DNA of 63,419 bases, filler included, from Reticulomyxa filosa (GCA_000512085.1; 19 parts of 19 records of this genome joined end to end with filler, not necessarily neighbours in it), one strand, 5' to 3'. Numbered from the whole stretch's first letter, positions 47,066 through 60,973 are shown. The notes: generated by a model from the sequence alone, not told the origin. Program-made: numbers and translations.

Positions 47066-50000
47066 TATTGTACAGTTAAACAAAACATTTAAAATGTTTT
47101 TAAAAAGATAGTTACAATCAATCACAAACAAGTTTTTGCATTATTTACTTAAATAATCTTTTTTTAATTCAATCGAGCAATCTAAATATCTGTTTCCTCT
47201 TTTAAATTCAGAGAAATATCCTGACGTCTTTGGAGAGAACACATATCCATTTTGTAAATTAATAGTTAATCGAGCGAAAGGAATGACAAATTTGAGATAG
47301 CAAGTAAAATGTGTGTACATATGTTATGGAATATCTTAAACTATTTCTAAAGAAATCAGATACAAATACTATATAAGTTGCATTTGATTGAAATGACATA
47401 CATTCGCATTATTTTCTTTTACTATGAGGTCAATGCTAATATCAAAAACTTGTGAAATAAAATAGATTTGATAACTTTGTTCATTACAACTTTTGCACAT
47501 ATTTATTTTTTTTAAGTAAAATGAATTTTTTTCACATTTTCGACATTACTTTAAAACTAACAAATTAATTCCGAGCCAACTCAACATCAAACAAGTTTAA
47601 TCAAAATGCCAAATAATAGTCATAACAATTATGACAACTACATCATAAGATGAGAAAGGTGTTGACTTTTTTTTAACAATGAAAAAATTTAAACTTTCAT
47701 TACTTTTCTTAGAAACATGTTTTCGTTCTATCATTATAATGACGCAAAAACTACAAGTTAAATATGTTTGTATTTACTTGTTTGAATGTCTTAACTAAAA
47801 AAAACTGTGGAAATGCATAGTCTTGATTTGGAGTGTTATTGCACGAGTATGTATGTAAAAATGATATAAGTGTCAATGCGGACATATACAAAAAAATTCT
47901 ATGATGAAATGCTCAAAATTATTGTTTTTATAAGATAATGAAAATTGTATATTTCAGCGAGATAATGTCAACAGTTACAAATCAATTACAGTAAAAGAAT
48001 AGTTTGAGCAAAACGATATCAAAGTATTTAATTTTACTCTAAATTCTCCAGACATAAATCCAATCAAATTGTTTTGGACAGTGAAAACAAAAATATACAA
48101 AACGAACCAGTCAGAACAAGAGAATGGCTTTTTTTTTTTTTTTTTAACAGAGTGTTTCCAAGTTCAAAACAAAGTACCTCGTCCAAAAAGAACCTTAGCA
48201 CTACAAAAACAAAAAATAACAAGGAAACCACAAATTTACAATGTTATACGTATTTAATGCCAAAAAATAAAAAGAAAGTTCTTTGAGTTGCAAAAATTGT
48301 ATTCAAATTTTTCTATTAGTTTGAATGATAAACGCAGCTGTTGATTTCACCACTGCTACTCTGATTTCTGATTGCCATTCCTTCTTTCACACCAAGTCTT
48401 TCAAACTCAGTGATGATATTGAAAGATGGGGAANNNNNNNNNNNNNNNNNNNNNNNNNNNNNNNNNNNNNNNNNNNNTTAATTAATTAANNNNNNNNNNN
48501 NNNNNNNNNNNNNNNNNNNNNNNNNNNNNNNNNTTTTTTTTTTGTTGGATGAAATCACCATTCTTTCAAATGATTTTTGAAAATTTCTTAATTTTAATAA
48601 AAGTGTAAATGATACGCATTCTCGCAGAATTTTCAAAAATCATTTGAAAGAATGGTGATTTCATCCAACAAAAAAAAAAGTTAGCACACGATATCACAAC
48701 ATCATGGTGTTTGATTATATTGTGTTTTGAACGACGAACTGGCGTCATTGTGTGTCGACTCTTGTATTAGTGAGTAAAATATTTGATATAAATATAAGCC
48801 AAGATGATATTTTATTTTCGTTTCGCTCAACATTTGAAGAACGTTATTGATTGCGCACATAAATACTACATTATTTCTTTCTAAGCCGTACCACAATTAT
48901 TAAATGGTTAAAATTATTTACTAACAATCCAACAAAAAAAAAGTGATCACTTTCCGCTCCAACAAACATTTGGCAACGTGACGTTTTTGTGACAAGTTTT
49001 ACATTGTTTTTGTTTAAAACTAGCATAGACGATATTTTTTTCACCAAAATAATAACAACAATTCTAAAAAATTGTTTTCTTTTACTTTTTTGCTCTGGTA
49101 GTTTTTAAAGATGTTTCGCTATGTTGGATTGTAAAGATTGATAGTACGTGAACAATATTATATGTAGTCATGTTCGTGCTTCTTGTTGTAAAGCGCTAAT
49201 TGCCATTTTCCAAGCTTCTTAAACTCTCCAATGGCTAGACATAACTTAAAAGCATATCGTTGGAGTTATGTGATGAAACGATTGTGGTGAAAATGTATGA
49301 TCATTGTTAAGATTGTTATTCGTTCGCTTAAATATCGCCACATATTTTCTCTTTTGTTTGAGGACGTCTTGAGCTAATTTGAAAAAATCGTATCATTGAG
49401 AAAAATAAAGATTATATCACATCATCAATATATTGTACCACTGCTTTAATCAGCAACTCAAATGCTTAAATATACTTAGGCGTCTGTCAAATATATTTAG
49501 CACAGAGATTCGTTATTGCTCATATGCTTGCACAATTCTTCAACGCGACTGTGTTACTTTGAAAACGAAATTGTTTATTTTTGCCACATTATCGTTTATC
49601 AAAAAGACAGTGAAATTTCTGTTGTTTTTTTTTTTGTGTTAGCTTTTGCAATTTCAAACTCCTTGTCAAGTAAAAAAAATTCGACAGTGATAAGGGGGTC
49701 TTTTTTTTCTTTCGTAAAGATTTATTTTCTTGATCTTTGTCTGAACCTTTCGTTAAGGATGCTCATTGGCAAGCAGTATTTCCTTTCGTTTCTACCGCAC
49801 GAGCATCCATAATATTTTCTCCGTTCCAGTGAAGAACACGTCTTTGCTTAAACCAAAAGCTTTTTGATTCTGTTATAAGTTCGTTGTGATTATTGTCGTG
49901 TTCAAAGCATTCTCATTGTTTTTTGTTTAAATTTCTTTATTTCTTTTTTTTAAACAAGAAAGAGCGGTTGAAGTGGAAAAATGTTTATACCGATTTTTTT

Positions 50001-50806
50001 TTCAGTTACTTTCATAATTTCCCTTCTAATCACTGACTGTATCCTTAATAAAATAGAATTTTTTTTTTGAACAAGTCACAGACAAATTAAAAATAATTTT
50101 CGTAAATAAAATTAAATTGTAATTCTTTTATTAAAAAAAATTCAATTTTAAATTTTTTCGAAATTTTTTTTAGACTGTAATTTATTGTGTTTTGAAAGAA
50201 TATTTTTAAAAATCGATTTAGAACAGAATAAAAAAAAGAATGAAATTTCAATGTTTTCGTTGTTAAAAATTTTAATTTGAATTAAACTTTCAAACAATAT
50301 TTTCTCCACCAAAATCAAGATTAGCTAATGAACAAAAGTGACAAACAAAGAAGAACAATTACATATTTCAAAATCGTCCCCCATTAAATGTCACATCAAT
50401 TTATTTTATTTTATTTTCGTCAACAGCAAAACAAAAAATATGATTTTGCAATTTCTGTCGGTACTGCACACGAACAATAAAATTGCACCATGTTCTCAAA
50501 AGAGGGCAAATTAGTCGATTAACACACCAAACAAAAGAAACAAAAAAATAAAATAAGAAGTTAAAAGTTTTGGGAAAACAAGCAGACACAACAGTATCAA
50601 AGTAAAAAAAAGAACAATCAGTGGCAAAAAAAATCCAAGCTCTGTCTTGATCTTGCTTGAAAGTAAGAACAACGAAAAAACTATTTTTTGATTAGTTTCA
50701 TTTTAATAAGGTTTGACTTGATAGAGAGTGGGGGGAAGGGGGAAAAAAAAACACACAGTTTAGTAGGAATGTTAGTAATGTAATTTTTTTTATTTGTAAA
50801 AAATTT

Positions 50807-51385
50807 TTAAGTATTTGGATTGAGTTGAATTTTACAAATGATATAATCGTCTTTATTTTTATCGTAAAAAAATTTCTCTAGCAGTTGATAAATATCGTTG
50901 GCATAAAAATGCGACGTTGTAAATCCGGCTTCGTTGATGTCATTTATAACAACGCTGCTCTTTCCATCGTAAGAGTCACTATTACTGCTGTTGGTCTTCT
51001 CACTTGCTTTGTCACTGCTGGCGTCTGCCTCCCGAAAGTTTTGAGAAGTTCGCTTTACTTTTGTGGTCAAGGCACTTTCCTTCATTTTCCATGTTACACT
51101 GTAACACTTTTCTTCGTCACGAACACGATCTTTTACATATTGCAACATATCTGTTAATGCGTTATATCTTGTTTGGCATTCGAGTTCATGCACCAGAAAA
51201 GTGCTTCGATGCTTCGGATTAAAGGTTACCAGTTGGACCCTAACTTTGTGGCCTTGATAAGAATATCGAAAATGGGCGCTGCATCCGTTATCTTTTCGTA
51301 TTAGCTCTGTTATTTCATTCTCCATCACCAGAATGTCCTCCTCAATTACTGATTTGTTTTGTATGTTTGGGGAGGGGGCACACAT
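50807..51385 (-). CDS. 192-aa intronless hypothetical protein, reminiscent of Mimiviridae-type conserved hypothetical proteins
   Basis: Clean ATG-to-stop ORF in AT-rich surroundings; viral resemblance (TFNPKH..FL.H, YSVTW, SHFYA, KFFY, LNP at the C-terminus) is from recall only. Confidence 0.6.
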   Translation of the reverse strand: MCAPSPNIQNKSVIEEDILVMENEITELIRKDNGCSAHFRYSYQGHKVRVQLVTFNPKHRSTFLVHELECQTRYNALTDMLQYVKDRVRDEEKCYSVTWKMKESALTTKVKRTSQNFREADASSDKASEKTNSSNSDSYDGKSSVVINDINEAGFTTSHFYANDIYQLLEKFFYDKNKDDYIICKIQLNPNT

Positions 51386-52799
51386 GTTCGGTTGCTGCTT
51401 TTTATTTAACGAGAAAGTTCCAGGAAGATTTTGTCGATTTTACAAGCCTACCGTCATCGTCAAGATCTCCAGCATTGGTCATAGCGTTCTTCGATACGAT
51501 GAAATGAATACAAAATTGTTACAATGACATAAAATTTAAAAAACTCACTAAAACAATCCCAGTTTTTTGTGACGCGATTTTTTAATAATTGGCTACGTAC
51601 AGTAATTTTGTTGTCTTTTTTTTACTGCCGTTAATGAAAAGGTTTACGACAAATATATCGGTGTAATATCTCAAGATAGAAAATATTTATTGAACACTGA
51701 TTGTGAAAAAGCCGAAAAATAAGAAAGTGAAAAATCCACTTGAAAAAAATCACAATTCTGTACAATTTAAATAAACAATTAATTTACATTTCAACACTAG
51801 GCACAAACCGATGCCCATTGCTATAGCTTTGTCGTTGTATTTTAGCGGCCTTTGTAATGTAATTGTCACAAAAACAAATTTTAGTAATCGGTGCAAAAAA
51901 ACAAAAAACATACGGAATCTCGCACCTCATGGTAGTACCCCAATTTATGAATGTTTTTCCTTTTGAAAAAACCAAAATTTCAAAATGGAGTATCAGTTAG
52001 AAGTGCTTGGTATTTTTTAAAAATTTAACTTGGCAAAGATGGTAAACAAGCACGATATGCCAACAAATAAAATAACATGGAAATCATTTTTTAAACAAGT
52101 CATAACGGAACCTGGAAATTCACGTCATAAACTGAAAAGTGTTCCTATTGTTTTTCATTCATAATTTTTGTTCCAGGTTAAAAAAGATGAAAAATGGGAT
52201 GTTGCCTGACGGCGAGGTCTTTTTTCTATTAATAACACGTTTTTACCCGGAAATTTCAGTCTTACAGCGAGATAATGCGCAAATACCTCAGCGTCAACAA
52301 ACCTGGTCAATACATACTATATTTCTTAAGAAAAATTTTGCAATGGGAAAAAAGTGACGCAGGCCAACGAAAGCAAGTTAAGGTCCACTCTGCATTCAAA
52401 TTTAACAAAAATTGTAAACATAAATGATAAAAGTAAAAAATAAACTGTATTTATCACTTTGTTGAAGCTTGACTTGAGAATCATGTTCTTCATGATTAGA
52501 GATCCATGAATAAAATATTATTTCGCAATTATTATGATAAAGTGTAAACTCTTTCAGAGAATAATATAAAACATTCACTGTAACACTTTAAATGACTATT
52601 TGAATGATGATCAAAAATTTCGTTTTACAGTCGCAGGTGAAGGGGAAAAAATAAAGTAAAGCCAAGTGTAAACTACACAGCAGACTGAGCAGCTGTAAAA
52701 ACAGTGTCGAACAAGTAAAAAAAAGGTTTTAATGTTCTAAGAACTTGTATTCGGATTTTCCGAATAAATTCAATTTGTCGCGGCTTTTCCTCTTTAAAA

Positions 52800-53365
52800 A
52801 TGGATATCATGGTGCATCCCACTGCTAGTCAAGCATCTTTTTTCATGCACCAACTTCAGGAAGAAATGAAAGTAGGAACTTTGCATCCACCAAAAAAAAT
52901 GAGGGTAGGAACAGAATGGGGGAAAAAAAAAAATAGAAAAAAGAAATACAAAACGTGGAAATAAGATGCCGAGTTGCCAGTAAATTAGTTCAACAAGTAA
53001 ATAATTGAACGTTCATTTATGTGGTTTAATATTTTGGAAAAAAAGAAAATAATATCTCATTGAAAAAAAAAAAAAAATTGTATAAACTTCACGAATTTAT
53101 GTGAAATGAAAAAAAAAAATAGAGTGTTTACTCATTGCTTCAAGCATTGAACATTAATAATGTAGAACCGATCTCCTTTCAAATTCGCATCCCTGTTGCA
53201 GCGTATACTCAACACATAGAAGCGTGGAAGGGCGTTTCACTGATAGTGAAAAATGAGCAAGATTCATTGGAATACCGGAAAACAGCTTACAATTGGTCCA
53301 ACGGGCGAAGAGCATCCATTTTGGCAACCCAAGTCTTTCCTCATTTTGTTCGACAAAGTACTCAG
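52800..53365 (+). CDS. 5' exons of an unknown gene
   Basis: Exon 52800-52871 (ATG...GT) joins in frame to exon 53123-about 53365; contig ends in the next intron. Confidence 0.55.
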
Positions 53366-53501
53366 GTCAGTTATTTTTTTTGGAGAGGGGGAGACCTAAA
53401 ANNNNNNNNNNNNNNNNNNNNNNNNNNNNNNNNNNNNNNNNNNNNTTAATTAATTAANNNNNNNNNNNNNNNNNNNNNNNNNNNNNNNNNNNNNNNNNNN
53501 N

Positions 53502-53786
53502 AAGAAGAAGAAGAAGAAGAAGAAAAACATGGAGATGATGAAGAAAAAGAAATGCCTATGACGACTGAAGGAAAAGGGACAGGGTTAATCGGCATATGCT
53601 TGGGCACCAAAGATGGCTACATTCACGTTTTGCCTTTTCAAGAATTTATCGAAAACATGAAAATGTCTCATGATGATACTCATCTCTATCACGACCTTAA
53701 TGACAAGCAAGCCCAACTGCAACCGCCACCACCACAACCACAACTACAAAATGATGTTATTATCTTCTCTATTCAAAACAATTATA

Positions 53787-53829
<43 letters not shown>

Positions 53830-54811
53830 GACATTGCTAGAATCGAAATGGCAAGGATTTGGAGTAAATGAAATTCATCACTCTTGGAGCTCCGTCCGCT
53901 GTCAGGAATTTATCGACGCTTCGCTGAAACAAAACACCAACACTCGTTGGAAACGCCAAAGCAGCATAGCTTCGTTCCGTCTTGCCAACAGCAACAAGCC
54001 ATCCCCTTGTCATTCCATCACCACCTTGCTTTGGACCGAAAACGGGGAATTGATCATCAATGGCGACAGCAAAGGTTACATCTATCTGTGGAAATGGATC
54101 ATCCATCCCGATATGGGCAATCTTGCTTTCATTGACGATATCGACGAATTTGGTTGGCTTTATATTTTTTGCACTTTACATACATACGCACATACATACA
54201 AACATACATACATACATACATGTACAAATAATAATACAAACTAAATATAATTTATTATTATCTTTTTTTTAAAAAAAAGGAATATTCGACTTAAAGATTG
54301 TGTCGGTGATCAAACCAGCACTGCCGGAAGTGAATGTACCAATATCGACAGTTTACACTCACACCCAAATATTGTCCCGCTATGAGAGCATTGATTTGGG
54401 GACGATAAAGTTGGATGAGGGTAACGAGAACGAGGACGAGGACGAGGACGAGGACGAAAAAGATGATGGCGATGAAAAGGCGACGGATAACAAAAAACCG
54501 AAAAAAATTCGAAAGATGATGATAATAATGACAATGATGAAGATAATGAAAAGGAAACAGAGAAAGAAAAAACGGATGGGACATTGCACTCGTTGATTCA
54601 CAAAGCAATGAAACTGACGAACCGGCTGTCCATGTCTCACGCGTACAATTACAAGATCACAGGACTGAGTGTGTGCGGCAGTATTTTGGCAAGTGTGTCA
54701 GAAGATGGAAGTTTGATTTTGCATGACATTATGGACTTGCTTTGGGATCGTCATTTTCATTCTCATTCTCATGATCTTATTTCTGAACAGAATCAAGTCC
54801 ATGCGAATGAC

Positions 54812-54852
<41 letters not shown>

Positions 54853-55216
54853 GAATAGTAAAAATGACCTTCTCACGGTCCCTTTGAATGACAAAGAAAA
54901 CGAAGCTCGACACGATGACACATCGCGCCAATCATCTCCGAAGAAAAGTCACAATGAGAAGAAAAGCATGGAATTTGAGAGTCGATTCACCAGCACGGTC
55001 AGCTTTGGCAACGCCGAAGACTTGATCAACAGCTCCAAGCATGGCAATGGCGGTCGCACTGAAGTCAACTCCATCGTCGCTGCCAATGCCTACTTTTACG
55101 CTGTCAAAGAGCCGAGTGACGACATGAGTGAAAATAGTGACAACAGCATTGCCGAGGATGTGAATGACGAAGAAATCGAAGAAGAAAAGGAATATAACGA
55201 CAATGATCAGAATAAC

Positions 55217-55253
<37 letters not shown>
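53502..55253 (+). CDS. Internal fragment of a divergent WD40-like protein with acidic and poly-Asn low-complexity tracts
   Basis: CLGTKDGYIHVL, ITTLLW...INGDSKGYIYLWK, ITGLSVCGSILASVSEDGSLILHD; short introns and at least one frame change. Confidence 0.6.
54812..54848. repeat. (AAT)n microsatellite encoding poly-Asn; second tract at 55211-55253
   Basis: Directly visible in the sequence. Confidence 0.9.
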
Positions 55254-56426
55254 NNNNNNNNNNNNNNNNNNNNNNNNNNNNNNNNNNNNNNNNNNNNTTA
55301 ATTAATTAANNNNNNNNNNNNNNNNNNNNNNNNNNNNNNNNNNNNNNNNNNNNAAAAAGAACTCAAAAACTCCCCTCCTTTTCAAACACTAAAGGGGGGG
55401 GTTCTTCCAGACCGATACTAAACAGCACTGTTGTTTTTTTCGTATAACTCACAAACAAAACTTTTTCAAATACCTAATAATTAACTATCAAAAAGGATCA
55501 ACTTTCAAGAAAAGCCAACATTACATTTGCAAGACAAGATCACACGTGTACGTTGAATAAAAAACTAATTTAAAAAGGAAAATTAATATTTAAAGATGAA
55601 TTGACCAGTAAATATCTGGTTTTCGAATGTCGCCATGTTATGAAGCAATGCAATCATTGCGCGATCGCACAACGAACAGAATAAAGTACATTAAAAGATA
55701 CTAGTAAAAACACCGCAAGGATGAAAAAGACATTCAATGCACCAAGGTTTGTGGTGTATGCACTTGTCATGTCAATACCAACTGCACTCATTAATACACA
55801 CAGCCACAATCCAAACACTATTTCAAACTTCAGCCCATACAGCTTTTTTTTTTTGCTTGAAATCTCCTTATTTTTTTTCTCGCGAGTACTAGCACAGCAA
55901 CTAGTGACAGAAAATTAATTTGTTGTTGAAGTTTGACAAAGAAAAAAAAAAACGCGAAAAAGAAAGAACATGTTCCAAAAATTACAAAAAACAGTACACT
56001 CATCAAAAAAAAACCAAAAAAAATCGAAAAAATAATAAAAAAAAAAACAAAAGAAATTGTCAAAGATAAACTGAAAATTTCAAAGCGATAGTCTTCACAA
56101 AAAAAGTAATGAAAAAGCAAACAAACGAGCGATGCAAAAACATGCGTCCAAAAAATGCTAATAAAGGAAAAAGTTTTTTTGCCACTGTTTGTTTTTTGTT
56201 TTACGCAAAAAAGAGCAACAAAACTCGAAATACAATACAAAAAAAAAAAAAAAAAAAAACAAAACCCAGTTGATACCCAAAGTTTAAAAAAAAAAATGCA
56301 ATATGCATATCAAGCAATATACCCATATTTTTTCAGATACGGAGAAAAAAACTGGAGTAGTTAAAAACTAAATTATTGACAACAATTGCATTTTTTTTTT
56401 TTTTTTTGGAAGAATTATTTACACAC

Positions 56427-57188
56427 TCAACGATTACCTTTCGTGAGTGGCGCATAAGTGGTGAGATCCTTTTTCCAGCAATGAATGCTATGGAAAAGCT
56501 CTGCTGTATCATCGATGATTCGAGTACAACACGACAGCCAAGGATGCTTTAGCGCGTGAGCAGCAGAGGCACGTTGGCTTGGATCAAGCACGAGCAAATG
56601 GCGGATAAAGTGCTTAGCGGCAATAAAGAAACAGTCGTCCTGTGCATGGTCGGGTCTCGGAGATACATCAGGTTGTCTGGCTGCAGTGGACGTGGTCGGA
56701 AAACACCACTCACCTTGAATGATTTGTTTTTTCAATGCTTCAATGTCTTTATGATCATCAAACAATGGTCGTTGGAATAACAGCTCGTAGGTCACTACAC
56801 CAACACTCCAGACATCACCACTCCACGCATGCCATGGATAACGCGGCGCGTACCTCTCTGGGGACATGTAGTTTGGTGTTCCTATAAAGTCTTCGTAGAT
56901 TTCATCCTCTTCTTCATTTTCCTCATAGTTTTGATCTACGTATACCGCGTTTCCAAAATCGATTAATTTTACTGCAAAGTACTTTCGGTTTTTGGCACTG
57001 TCATCGCTATTTCCGCTATCTGTTTCTTCTCCTTCCTCCTCCTCTTTTTCTTCTTCTTCTTCTTCAACAATCACCACGTTTTCTGGTTTAATATCACAAT
57101 GTGCAATCCCCCTTTCATGCAAACTTTTCACTGTCGTTAACAATGACCAGATTATCCATGAAGCATTGTACATGCTTGCTTGTGTACC
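56427..57188 (-). CDS. Ser/Thr protein kinase (CAMK-like), C-terminal half
   Basis: HCDIKPEN, KLIDFG, GTPNYMSPE, DVWSVGV, LLVLDPSQRASAAHALKHPW. Confidence 0.93.
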   Translation of the reverse strand, partial: GTQASMYNASWIIWSLLTTVKSLHERGIAHCDIKPENVVIVEEEEEEKEEEEGEETDSGNSDDSAKNRKYFAVKLIDFGNAVYVDQNYEENEEEDEIYEDFIGTPNYMSPERYAPRYPWHAWSGDVWSVGVVTYELLFQRPLFDDHKDIEALKKQIIQGEWCFPTTSTAARQPDVSPRPDHAQDDCFFIAAKHFIRHLLVLDPSQRASAAHALKHPWLSCCTRIIDDTAELFHSIHCWKKDLTTYAPLTKGNR

Positions 57189-58858
57189 NNNNNNNNNNNN
57201 NNNNNNNNNNNNNNNNNNNNNNNNNNNNNNNNTTAATTAATTAANNNNNNNNNNNNNNNNNNNNNNNNNNNNNNNNNNNNNNNNNNNNCAAAGTAACTAC
57301 GTAACACTGTATCCTGTTGGATGGACTTGAATGTCTACATTTGTTTGGGTTGACAACACAGTGCATATCATTTGCAATAATTCGTCTTCGTTCGCTTGGG
57401 AAAAAAAGCTACTCAATTGATTGTAAGGAAATCGTAGGGTTGACATTGTAGTGGTGCGTCCTTTTGTTTTGTTTAATAGTTTTTTTTTCCTCTTCTCTCA
57501 CCGACTCTTCCCCCCCTTTTTCTCCTTTTTTCCTCTGTATCACAAATGTAAAATTATAAAAAAAAAGCAACTTTCGAAAGTTATGTCGTTGTGAACAGCT
57601 TGCATTTCACGTGCGAGTTGTTGAGACCTGGTACGAGTATCAACGGGTTTCTCTTCCATTGCTGAAGTTCTGGGTGCTTGAGATTGGGTCGCAGTTTGCC
57701 GCTGTTTTCATTTTTTACATTTTTCCCGTTGGCAAATGTGTGAGAATTTTCCTCAGAATTTTCTTGTAACCAAAGAAAAATCCAGGAAAAAAATTTTCTT
57801 GGTGATAGTAGTTAATAAAACAAAAACAGTTTTGAAAATTAACAGCTGAAGGACTGGTTTGGCTCAGACTGTTTCTTGATCCACTGCGTCGATTGGATTG
57901 ACTTGAATTTGACTATCAATTAAAATGAAACATGTTTTGACAAACAATCTTGTGCTTAAACAAAAACACAACATAGTTTCAAACTCTCTGGTTCATTGGT
58001 GCTGCAAAGGCGGTAGCTACTTGCTGTCTTCTTAAATTAGTGTTAATAAACTGCTGTGCAAATCACAAATGATAATTGACAAAAGGAGAGGCTTTTTGAA
58101 GGAAAAACAGAAACATTTGGCTTACTGTAATGTTGAAATTGAAAGGCTTTGATTCGTTTAGGAGGTATTTTTTCTAAAATCTCAAAAGAAAAAGTCACGC
58201 GCAGTTTCTTTGACCCAAAGCGTTTTCACAAGCGGTTTCAATTTGTATGCAAAAAATATTACAAAGTAATGATGATCTTCAATATTCAGAGCAACGTTTA
58301 ATCTTTCAAAGCAGCGTATACATCTGATGTTAGATTTGGTAATATTCGGGTTACCTTTCCTTAATTGTATTGAATTGTTTATTTCTTCAAGGGTTTACAA
58401 AATAGGGAATCTGAATAAAAATGTAATGCGTACATTACTTAAATTTGTCCATAAAGAAAAGAACTGAATTAGAAAAAAAATCAACAGAAAACGGAAACGA
58501 CATGCACACAACATTGTTCAAAATTTGTTTTCCCTTGTTGTGCTTCCCACTCTTTCCTTCTTTGACATTTCAAAGGAGAAAAAAAAGATTAAAACAAAAA
58601 CAAAAAAAAATTTAAAATAAAAATATATTGTTTTGAAAGAATATTTTATCGAAGTATGTGGAGGTTAATTTGAAAAAATAAAAACTCAACAACAATAGAA
58701 TTTTTTTTTCTCGGTGAGAATTGGCATTTTTGAAAACAATGAACATATTTAAAAAGAAGGACATTGTTTTCGAGGTTATTGTTGTGTTATTCGAGAATAA
58801 TTTCTTTACTGTTATTGGAAAAAAAAACTCGCGGATGATTTTGTTTTGTGATGTATTT

Positions 58859-60334
58859 TTACGAAGTATTTTGTTGTTGAGCAATGGAAGTTTGTGTTGG
58901 TGGTTTCCCCAAATCTTTCAACTTTTGAATGAGTATGATTTTTTCCTGTTTAAAATCAGAATCAGATTCTTCTCTTTGCGTTTGAAAATCTTCTAACAAT
59001 TTGACTAACTTATCACGATTTTTGAACAAAATGATGTGAACTTGATCGGTTTTATTTGGGTTGGCGACGAAAATTTTGAAAATTTGAAAGGCCTCAAAAC
59101 TAATTAACCGAGAGTTATTTTTCAATAATGTCATAATGATGCGAAGATTATTTCTGTCTTGGAGATACAACATCCGAATTTTGTGATTGGATCTTGCCAA
59201 CAAAATATCACCAAACAATTTTAAAAACTTTCCTTGGTTCACGTAGTTTTCACTCATGATCGACCCATTGAAATACTTGACCATTTCCACAAAGTGTTCT
59301 TCCATGTAACGTTTCCCATGATCCCGATGTTTCGTAAACAGAATGTTCAATACTTCAAACGCGTCGCTGGCAATGATTAGGTTGGGATTGTGCGAATAGA
59401 TTATCAAGCGCGTGACGACATCCCTTGCAGTTAGTTCAATCGATGGAATATCACAATCGTTTTGAGTGGACACTTCCAAACATTTCGTCAGACCATTGTC
59501 ACTCATTTTTCTTTCATTGAATGTTGTCACCTCATTTACACTATTTTTTTTTGTCTCTTCTTGGTTCACCACATTGTCTTTCGTTTCCATATTTAGTGAG
59601 GAGGTTACCTCTGCAACACTTTTTGCAAAACTTTCCCTTTTTTTTTTGTTATTTATTAATTTTTTTTTTTTTGAGGAGGTCGTTTCTTCTTTTTTTTTTC
59701 CTTCCCTTCTTCTCTGCTCCTCCCCCTTTGGCAAAAAAAAAAAAATTTTCATTTGTGCACACCTGTCCAAATACAGTGAAGATACCCTTCTCAACAATGA
59801 CGATTTAAAAATAATAGTGTTAGCAGTCTTTTCTGTGTTGCAACGTATATCGAATAACATAGGACCTATTTCACTTCGTTTTGCCATTTCTTGTAGCACG
59901 CTCCCGGCGTGTTGTGCCAATTGATGATCTTCAAATCCTTCGATTAAATATTGCACCATTTCACTGTGAGTTCGTAAATACTTTGGCAAGTCTGTCTTTG
60001 TGCATCTCCTCACCACAAAGCAAATTATTTGCGCAGCTCGTTTTTTTCCTTCAAATTCCAACTCTTTCAAGTGTTTACATAGTTTATATATCAGATTGTG
60101 ACCCTCATCATCTGTCTCTACCAACATTGGCATCAATTTTTGTATTTCTTTAATACTTGCTTCATGATCAGGGTCTCCGTAGAGCATAAACTGTAAACTT
60201 TTTAAGTCCTCTGTTAACTTTTCTATTGCGGAATTGCGCTTTCGCATATTGTCCAATTGGGATAAATGTTTTAATACACTGTGAACTACTCCAGTTGTCT
60301 TTGCTCGACTAAAAAGTTGTGATAATCTCTTCAT
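58859..60334 (-). CDS. CAB39: MO25/CAB39 family scaffold
   Basis: FMLYG, LEFEGKK, IASDAF, SENYV, LGDILL-like segment, NLRIIMTLL, FEAFQIFKIFVANPNK, KNRDKL, FKQEK; probable in-frame 126-nt intron at 59637-59762. Confidence 0.88.
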   Translation of the reverse strand: MKRLSQLFSRAKTTGVVHSVLKHLSQLDNMRKRNSAIEKLTEDLKSLQFMLYGDPDHEASIKEIQKLMPMLVETDDEGHNLIYKLCKHLKELEFEGKKRAAQIICFVVRRCTKTDLPKYLRTHSEMVQYLIEGFEDHQLAQHAGSVLQEMAKRSEIGPMLFDIRCNTEKTANTIIFKSSLLRRVSSLYLDRCAQMKIFFFLPKGEEQRRREGKKKEETTSSKKKKLINNKKKRESFAKSVAEVTSSLNMETKDNVVNQEETKKNSVNEVTTFNERKMSDNGLTKCLEVSTQNDCDIPSIELTARDVVTRLIIYSHNPNLIIASDAFEVLNILFTKHRDHGKRYMEEHFVEMVKYFNGSIMSENYVNQGKFLKLFGDILLARSNHKIRMLYLQDRNNLRIIMTLLKNNSRLISFEAFQIFKIFVANPNKTDQVHIILFKNRDKLVKLLEDFQTQREESDSDFKQEKIILIQKLKDLGKPPTQTSIAQQQNTS

Positions 60335-60973
60335 CGCATATACAAGTCTGCGAGGTTTAGGTTCTTGTCAGAGTTTGTTTGTTAACCAAAGGAAACTTAA
60401 TGTTTTAATATTTATGAATAATCTGTACATTACAGGAGAAGGCGTGACAGTTTCAATTAGAAGCTACTATGCAAAGTATTTAATGCGATTCGATGTCTTA
60501 AATAATTGTAACAAACAGAGCTGCAGCAAAAACGTGACGAAACAATAAAAAATGAACATACAATAGGTTAGAAACACAAACTAATTAGTGTTATTCATAT
60601 CCTCTTCAAGTTTTCTAATGATCAAAACAAATGTAAACTTTAGTTTATTTTGAGAAGACATATCATAGACACTTTCCATTTTAGAACAAGAACGAAGCCA
60701 TTTCAATTTGTGTGACAATCAAATAAATTGATACAATGGTGCCGTGGATCAAATAAAGAATCCGCCCCATTTGAAAGAAAACACAACAACGACACAAACT
60801 CAAAAAAGAAATATTCTTTGTGCATAGCAATTTTCATAACATAAAAAGTGTTTGACAAAACACGAGATCGTTTAAATTAAACAAAAAAAAAAATGTTGCT
60901 CCAACAAAACAATGGCAAGTAAAAAGCTCTTCTCTTTTTGCACAACAAAGCAGTATCGCTTTGAGTATTTTCC

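Noticed and set aside
48300-48433. Myotubularin-like snippet (FNIITEFERLGV) on the minus strand
   Set aside because: Too short and at a contig edge; cannot be supported
55400-56400. Phe- or Lys-rich ORFs (e.g. 55830-56240) as membrane proteins
   Set aside because: By-products of poly-A/T non-coding sequence; the same applies to most 60-100-aa ORFs in the track
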